A stretch of DNA of 64,000 bases, taken from the IMG/VR virus record IMGVR_UViG_3300042879_004946, positions 32,001 through 96,000 of that record. The stretch is one strand, 5' to 3'. Every line of letters starts with the position of its first letter. Position 1 is the first letter of the stretch. Position numbers and translations under genes: made by a program. The DNA is from a virus. Below are positions 57,878 to 64,000 of the stretch, piece after piece. Below the pieces are notes generated by a model. The model searched no databases. It was not told the origin of the DNA and saw nothing but the letters and a program-made list of their open reading frames with translations.

Positions 57878-60800
57878 TCAGCCACCTAATATTGATTTAT
57901 TTTTATCTTTATCTTTAAAACCAGGCATCCCAAAGAAAACCCAGTTATGTTCGGTTCTGGGTGCTTGAATATGCCTAGAAGTATCTTTATATGCTGGACT
58001 ATTACTAACCATTTCTGGTATTGATTGTACTTCATTACTAGAAACAACCCAAGAATCTAACATTGCTTTTGCTTGGCCTTTACTTTTTTCAAAATCTTTA
58101 AAAGAAGTTTGACTAACATAACAACACATTGCTATTGCCATTAAGCAATCGTCATGATAACCTTTCATGTGATCAGGTCTGCCATTTTTAAAAATAAAAG
58201 TATCCATTTCAGTAACAGACCTAATAGACCTCACTTTAAAAGAGTTCATCCTAATGGATTCTTCTAACTTGGTAATGATGGTATTTCTGTTTTTTTGGAA
58301 ATTAAGGCCAGGTAATTTACCATCATTCATAAATTTTTCTAATTTTTTATTGTTATTGACAGCATCAATACCAATAACGGTATCATAATACATCTTTTTA
58401 GATGAATACCCAAGTTCAATCATTTTTAGAACCGTTGATACGCCATAACCACCAGTAATATCAACAACAGTAAAGGCTTCATATCGATTACCGTATTCAA
58501 CAGCAATCTCACCTAACGTATCTGGAGCGACTTTACCGTGGTATTCTGCAACTTGATTACCTGTTGTAAAATCATATATACAAATACAAGCGGAATCTTC
58601 GGCGGAACCTGAAGCTGCGTCTGCGGATAAAATGTATTCATGTCCTAGTTGAGGATCTTCCCAAATCCACATATTACCATCCAACCATTCGGTTCTAATA
58701 GGGTCTATAACATTATTTTTTCTGTGATATTCTATGTACTTACTATCGATAACATTATCACCGGAACCGTTAAAAGCACATAACAACTCTTGAGAGATCG
58801 TTCTAGGATTGTTATTTAACTGACCACACATCATTTCAAACCAAGGGGCTGTTGGGACCCAACCTTCTGTTTCTAATTGGTCGAAATGTTCATATTCCAT
58901 ATCAATTTTTTCCTCAATAACATCACCAGCCTCATTCTTTTTTTGCCATTTCATGCCTACATTATAACGTGGATCTTGAAACCATCGCATCTCTACAATG
59001 TTAAAAGGATTGTTAGTTTTTTCTTTGGTTTTTGCTGAAACGTATGTTTTATAATAAAGGGCGTCCATTCCGTTTGGTGTTTGGTGACCTAACATGCCAT
59101 TATATAAAACACTATGACACCATATATCTTCTTCATTATTTGGTAATGAAAAATCATAAGTATAATTTTTACTATCGACAATATCTTTTATCGGTACCCA
59201 AACAATATTTTCATCTACGTTATTATATTTTTCATTTATAATATCTAAATAACTCAACAATAAACCACGACTAACATGATTAACTTTACTATTTTTTCTA
59301 GTTATATGTGATATCTTACAATTTTTGTCCGAAAAATATTTTAAACCTAAATCACTGTTACCATAAGTGGTACGAATTATATCACCACCCATAGGTACAA
59401 CATCATATGGTTCATTAACTTTATGTTTAACTAAATTATATTTTTTAATATTTTTACGTTCCAAACCAAACCCAATTAAATCATAATATAGTTTAGAGTT
59501 TTTACTGTTCATATGTAATCTATAGTTCATAGATTCCACTTTAACCAATTTAGTTACAGGTGTCAATTTTTCTTGATACTCACATAGTATACCGATGTTC
59601 ATAAATAACACCCTAAATTGTTCGATAAGTCTTTTAGATGAAGAACATAAACCAACATTACCGTTATCACTTCTACTGTAACCATTACCATCCATAAAAC
59701 CACGTATAAAGTGTATAACATTATCTTTAGATAATGAGAATATACGTTTAGGTATTACTTTATTTTTAGCCTTTAAAGATAGATCAAAACCAATGTATTC
59801 TAAAAACTCACCCAATTCTTTTGATGACGTTGTATAATGAAATTTACCGTCATAACCATATTTTAAGTTTAAATCCCTAAAAATTTGTGAGATATCGTCA
59901 CCACAACTAATAGTTATGGATGTACCGACATGTTTACCCTTTTTGATAGATTTGTAGACACTACCTTTGGATAAAAATAAACCCATAAAATAACTAATAT
60001 CTTTTGTTATTTTATTTGGGTTAAACTTATTTTTGTTTCTACTATTTTTTTTTGGTATAAAATCAGTACAATCATCGTCATTACCCCACATATTTTGATT
60101 ATACAATACAGATACATAATCCCCTACCGATAAGTCATTTAATTTATACCAACCAAAACTATTATCTTTTTGTGAGTAGGCATATAATTTATGGTTTAAA
60201 CTACCCTCTAAATTAGTAATCTTTGTTTTTATAATTTTAGTGTCAACGTAACCGTTGTTAAACATGATATTAGAGTGTCTAACACCACCATAACCCATAA
60301 CACCATAGTTATTTATAACATAACCACCATCTTTAGTGTCATCAATAAATTCTGAAACCTCTTTTATACCTTTATCAGTAAAAACAAATGTATCTTTTGT
60401 TACACATGAAATTAATATCGCCCTACCACCAGTAGAAAGTGCGGGTTGTGCTGCCGCATAAACTTCTTCACCACCTTCAATATATGCCGCCTCATCCATG
60501 ACTAACAATGTTGGTGTATAACCACGTAATGCATCTAAAGAAGTTGCAACCGCTTTAACTTCAGAACCATTAGTTAATCTATAGTGTTTTGCTGAATTTT
60601 TTTCTGGGTCAAACCAGGAATCACCACCACTCCAAACGTTCATCCAATTTGGTAGTTGTGCAGTAAAATCTTTTACTTTTTTTAAAAATTCAATTGCTGT
60701 TTCTTGTTTATTTGCCAAAATCAAAACCCTTTGTGGGTTATTTGGATCAGCAAATGCGGTTATAACCGCTATGTAAGCGGCCGTAGTTGTTGAAACCCCC

Positions 60801-61009
60801 GCCTGACGAGGTTTCATTACAATGTTAAAACGTTCTTTTTTATAAGAAGTAATTAGTTCCCTTTGTTTTGGAAATAATTTAAACCTAACAAAACCTTTTT
60901 GTGTTTGGTCGAAAGTTTCCAAAAAATTTTCAATTGCATAAACTGGGTCTTTAATACATTTACCGATTTCTAATAATTTTTGGCTTTTACTTTGTGGTGT
61001 ATCCGACAT
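57878..61009 (-). CDS. gp17: Terminase large subunit (gp17-like) with one intein; ~601 aa after splicing
   Basis: KPRQAGVST, LVMDEAAYI, IS|..|TPNG, SADAASG, HDDCLMA. Confidence 0.92.
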   Translation of the reverse strand: MSDTPQSKSQKLLEIGKCIKDPVYAIENFLETFDQTQKGFVRFKLFPKQRELITSYKKERFNIVMKPRQAGVSTTTAAYIAVITAFADPNNPQRVLILANKQETAIEFLKKVKDFTAQLPNWMNVWSGGDSWFDPEKNSAKHYRLTNGSEVKAVATSLDALRGYTPTLLVMDEAAYIEGGEEVYAAAQPALSTGGRAILISCVTKDTFVFTDKGIKEVSEFIDDTKDGGYVINNYGVMGYGGVRHSNIMFNNGYVDTKIIKTKITNLEGSLNHKLYAYSQKDNSFGWYKLNDLSVGDYVSVLYNQNMWGNDDDCTDFIPKKNSRNKNKFNPNKITKDISYFMGLFLSKGSVYKSIKKGKHVGTSITISCGDDISQIFRDLNLKYGYDGKFHYTTSSKELGEFLEYIGFDLSLKAKNKVIPKRIFSLSKDNVIHFIRGFMDGNGYSRSDNGNVGLCSSSKRLIEQFRVLFMNIGILCEYQEKLTPVTKLVKVESMNYRLHMNSKNSKLYYDLIGFGLERKNIKKYNLVKHKVNEPYDVVPMGGDIIRTTYGNSDLGLKYFSDKNCKISHITRKNSKVNHVSRGLLLSYLDIINEKYNNVDENIVWVPIKDIVDSKNYTYDFSLPNNEEDIWCHSVLYNGMLGHQTPNGMDALYYKTYVSAKTKEKTNNPFNIVEMRWFQDPRYNVGMKWQKKNEAGDVIEEKIDMEYEHFDQLETEGWVPTAPWFEMMCGQLNNNPRTISQELLCAFNGSGDNVIDSKYIEYHRKNNVIDPIRTEWLDGNMWIWEDPQLGHEYILSADAASGSAEDSACICIYDFTTGNQVAEYHGKVAPDTLGEIAVEYGNRYEAFTVVDITGGYGVSTVLKMIELGYSSKKMYYDTVIGIDAVNNNKKLEKFMNDGKLPGLNFQKNRNTIITKLEESIRMNSFKVRSIRSVTEMDTFIFKNGRPDHMKGYHDDCLMAIAMCCYVSQTSFKDFEKSKGQAKAMLDSWVVSSNEVQSIPEMVSNSPAYKDTSRHIQAPRTEHNWVFFGMPGFKDKDKNKSILGG
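59081..60406 (-). mobile_element. Intein in terminase (442 aa; Cys1, C-terminal His-Gln, degenerate LAGLIDADG)
   Basis: LIS|CVTKDTFV...TYDFSL...GHQ|TPNG; YFMGLFLSKG and FIRGFMDGNG. Confidence 0.88.
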
Positions 61010-61062
61010 AAATATCTCAATATTTTATTAAATAAATATCCAGATATTCCGTAAACCTAATT

Positions 61063-63852
61063 TTACTCTATTTCTTCTATTTTTTCTTCTAAAATAAGAA
61101 CAAAATTTCTAATAACATGATCCTCATCAGGATAATAACTATCTAATAGATATTCAAAATCAGTATCAATATACCCGTTTTTAAATCTACCAACTTCGTC
61201 TTGCATTAGGGATTCAATTAACCATTTAACGTTATCTGGCAGTTTTTCATCTTCAAAGTCTGGTGTATGGTTTACATAAGCAATAATATCATCCAAAAGA
61301 AAATCATACCTAAATTGTAATCCTGATTTTTCTTTTTTATCAAAAATAATCGTCTTTTGTCTTGAGTAGTCATCACCAAAAACATTTTCAATTTCAGAAA
61401 TGGTTACATCTTTTGCATACTCAATTACAGTTGTTTCAAAAGCATTATTATAAGCTTTTTTAAATAATTTATTTAAATTATTAAAAATCGGTGCATTTTT
61501 AATTAAAATCTCTAAAAGGTAAGGTTCTAAACTAAGAATTATTTCATCATAAAGAATAAAAGAAAACGTGCCATCGTCATCATTAATATTTTCTGCCCAA
61601 TAATCAAAATCATCAACAAACTCTAAGTCCATGATGATTTTTTTATTTCTATATAACATTAGATATTCATTTACCATATATCTAACATCTTTATTTTCTA
61701 ATAAATTAGAATACTCACCCTCAACATATGTGTTATTGTTTTTTTTATCAGTTTCTAAAACATAATAAGCATCACTAGAATTTTTAAAAAAATCACCTAA
61801 ATAACTAATAAGGCCAGTAAAAACATAAAAAGTATCACCTTCTCTTTGGAGATAAAGCCTGTTTGGTGTGCCTTTTAAGGTTTGTTCTGCGATATTTAAA
61901 ATCTTTTCTTTTAAACCACTTTTTTCATCTACTGGAGCATCGTCATAAGCCTTAATTAAAAATATATCATTTAATTCATTTTCTTTATTTAATTTTAAAA
62001 AATCAGAATACATTGCGTAATGATCAAAACCATAAAAAACTTTTAAAATTCTTTTTTTATTAATATCGGTATCAACATTAATATTAAAATCTGTTTTATT
62101 TTCAATAAAATTTTTAAAATTTTCATAATTTTTAAAAACTTTTTTTAACGTTCCCTCTTTTTCATCTTCTAAAATTTGATTTAAAAAATATTTGGCATCA
62201 TCAGAATCAGAAACTTTTTCATTAAAATAATTTAAAAAAGCCTCTTCAGGGGACTTACCCAAAGTTATGTAATCTTCAATTTTTAACTTATTTATTAAAT
62301 TATTACTTATTAAATAGTTTAATAATTTTTCTTTATTTTCAGATTTGTTTACATAATTTAAAACTTCTTCATTTGAAAATCCTAGACTTATTAATTGATC
62401 TTTAACACTGTCTAAATTTTTAAAAACATATTCTAAAGCCTCTTCCTGTTTAAATTTTCTTTTTAATAAGCCATTAATAGTTTTAGTATCTAAATCGGTG
62501 AAAATATTAATTCCGAAATTTTTTGCATAACCCCAAACTAAATCTATATTATCACCAAAAATTCTCATTAATTTTTGATAAACACTCGATCCTGTCCAAC
62601 CACCACTACCGTATAAACCGGTTAAAATGGTGAATAAATTTTGATTTTCCCCAAATAAACTTAAAAATCTACTATCATTTATTAAATTTAAAAAATCATC
62701 TAAAGAAATTTTACCCGCTTCTATAGCATCAATAACGTACTCAGCCTTTCTACGAAGATTAAACATGGTTGTAAGTGGATTAATACCGGCATCTTTATAA
62801 CCTTGCCATATTTTAGTTGTTAAAGTTTCATAATCAACCACCTTCTCAGTACTACCGAACAAAATAAGTAAATCGTCATAATCAAAATAAGAAAAAGGAT
62901 TAATATTGCGTTCTTTTAAATAATCACTTAAAATGTTTACCCCAATTTTTTCAACTAAAGCTCTTGGGCTTAAAACTTTTAATGGATCAATACCTTTTGA
63001 TTTATACCATGTTAAAAGTTCAATACCGGTATATAAATTAGGAACTCCCTTGGAGTTTATTTGATATAAATAATCAACAATTACATCTCTAATAGTTGCC
63101 CATTTATCACCTAATTTTTCGGATGCAACATTTATTCGTGTTGGATTATCTGGTGCGTCAAAAGCTTCTACAGTTCCGTCGATTTCATTAACAAGAATTG
63201 CGGTTCTATACCAAGGATTACTTTGAGGTTCTTTTTTTTGTATGACATAAAATAAAGTACCCTTTCTAGTATAGCTTCTAAAATGAGAATCACTTTCTTT
63301 GTTTGTGGTACACCATTTAGTACCTGCACCGTAATAACAAGATGCTCGATGGGATTCTGGTATTACAATTAACAAATCAGGACTGTCGTATAAGATATTA
63401 GCTTCTAATTTTTTAACTTCCGATTTGGTTAATTTTTGTTTTGTATATTTTACTAAGATCTCCATAAGGGTGATACCACCAGTACCAAAGTACGACATAA
63501 TGTCTTTAGGTGCTTTATAAACTTTTTTTATCGTCTTACCCACCGGAGAACTTTCAAGAGGATCTAAATATGGGATAAAATTTTCTCTTTTGGCAATATC
63601 TTCTAATAACTCAGCATCTATTTTTGGTAAATTTTTATGAAAATCTTGTACAGTTTGAATTAAATTATCATTAAACAAAGTACTTGTTTTTGAATAGTTT
63701 TTTACTAAAAATTCTAAATATTTGTTATTACCAGAAGGATCGTCTTCTGACAGACTATCTATTATTTCAGCTGGTACTGTTTTATATTTATTTTTAATAT
63801 CGTCTAATCGACCCTCAAAAAGTATATCTTCTAATAAAAAATAATTTTTCAT
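61063..63852 (-). CDS. Large hypothetical late protein; N-terminal domain paralogous to the 41151 ORF
   Basis: ATG at 63852 follows the late motif at 63858-63866; ILFE leader; SCYYGAGTKWC. Confidence 0.75.
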   Translation of the reverse strand: MKNYFLLEDILFEGRLDDIKNKYKTVPAEIIDSLSEDDPSGNNKYLEFLVKNYSKTSTLFNDNLIQTVQDFHKNLPKIDAELLEDIAKRENFIPYLDPLESSPVGKTIKKVYKAPKDIMSYFGTGGITLMEILVKYTKQKLTKSEVKKLEANILYDSPDLLIVIPESHRASCYYGAGTKWCTTNKESDSHFRSYTRKGTLFYVIQKKEPQSNPWYRTAILVNEIDGTVEAFDAPDNPTRINVASEKLGDKWATIRDVIVDYLYQINSKGVPNLYTGIELLTWYKSKGIDPLKVLSPRALVEKIGVNILSDYLKERNINPFSYFDYDDLLILFGSTEKVVDYETLTTKIWQGYKDAGINPLTTMFNLRRKAEYVIDAIEAGKISLDDFLNLINDSRFLSLFGENQNLFTILTGLYGSGGWTGSSVYQKLMRIFGDNIDLVWGYAKNFGINIFTDLDTKTINGLLKRKFKQEEALEYVFKNLDSVKDQLISLGFSNEEVLNYVNKSENKEKLLNYLISNNLINKLKIEDYITLGKSPEEAFLNYFNEKVSDSDDAKYFLNQILEDEKEGTLKKVFKNYENFKNFIENKTDFNINVDTDINKKRILKVFYGFDHYAMYSDFLKLNKENELNDIFLIKAYDDAPVDEKSGLKEKILNIAEQTLKGTPNRLYLQREGDTFYVFTGLISYLGDFFKNSSDAYYVLETDKKNNNTYVEGEYSNLLENKDVRYMVNEYLMLYRNKKIIMDLEFVDDFDYWAENINDDDGTFSFILYDEIILSLEPYLLEILIKNAPIFNNLNKLFKKAYNNAFETTVIEYAKDVTISEIENVFGDDYSRQKTIIFDKKEKSGLQFRYDFLLDDIIAYVNHTPDFEDEKLPDNVKWLIESLMQDEVGRFKNGYIDTDFEYLLDSYYPDEDHVIRNFVLILEEKIEEIE

Positions 63853-63892
63853 ATACAATAAATATCATAACAGAATTAAATGTGAACAGTTA

Positions 63893-63923
63893 AAAAAAAA
63901 CCCACCTGGAGCGAACAGATGGG
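63893..63923 (-). terminator. Intrinsic terminator
   Basis: Minus strand CCCATCTG-TTCGCTC-CAGGTGGG-TTTTTTTT. Confidence 0.7.
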
Positions 63924-63970
63924 CTTGTGTGAGGAATGACCCCATAACTTAACGGTCCTAAGCGTTAAGA
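63893..63970 (-). ncRNA. Candidate structured small RNA (possible anti-repeat/tracr-like)
   Basis: GC-richer intergenic stretch with two hairpins; partly complementary to the mini-array repeat. Confidence 0.3.
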
Positions 63971-64000
63971 TTTTTTTAACCAAATTTTTTATCTAAAATA

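Noticed and set aside
1-64000. Stop-codon reassignment as in some jumbo or Lak phages
   Set aside because: Long genes are intact in the standard code, and TAG and TGA end genes at sensible positions (e.g. 16233, 3689)
1-64000. cas genes, tRNAs or rRNA genes
   Set aside because: No Cas1/2/9/12/13-sized ORF with the expected motifs; the 929-aa ORF shows no RuvC or paired HEPN signature that I can support; no cloverleaf recognised

Overview
This is a 64 kb segment of a very AT-rich (roughly 30% GC by eye) large or jumbo T4-like (gp23/gp20/gp21/gp17-type) dsDNA phage using the standard genetic code. The host is probably Bacteroidota, based on a DUF4494-like gene, type II glutamine synthetase, TAnnTTT(G/A) promoter boxes, no Shine-Dalgarno sites and VI-B/II-C-like CRISPR repeats. 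The + strand carries fibre and structural genes, a family B DNA polymerase, an exonuclease, dUTPase, SET, WYL and HslV-like genes, a ~15 kb glycan synthesis island, PhoH, a gp55-like late sigma factor and a gp5-like spike. The - strand carries the head module: terminase (1 intein), portal (2 inteins), protease, scaffold, major capsid protein and a Hef-like endonuclease. The most striking signal is three dispersed paralogous ~125-aa genes (4099, 40148, 49537). Each reads directly into a CRISPR-like mini-array of 36-nt repeats and unique 29-30-nt spacers: the first repeat is translated, and the stop codon lies in the spacer (loci 1-2) or just beyond it (locus 3). No cas gene is in the window, and a candidate anti-repeat/tracr-like RNA lies at ~63.9 kb. 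Also notable are an early-promoter gene that resembles the N-terminus of the major capsid protein and a shared 'KILxE' N-terminal leader on many late proteins. All protein calls come from motif recognition, not database searches.
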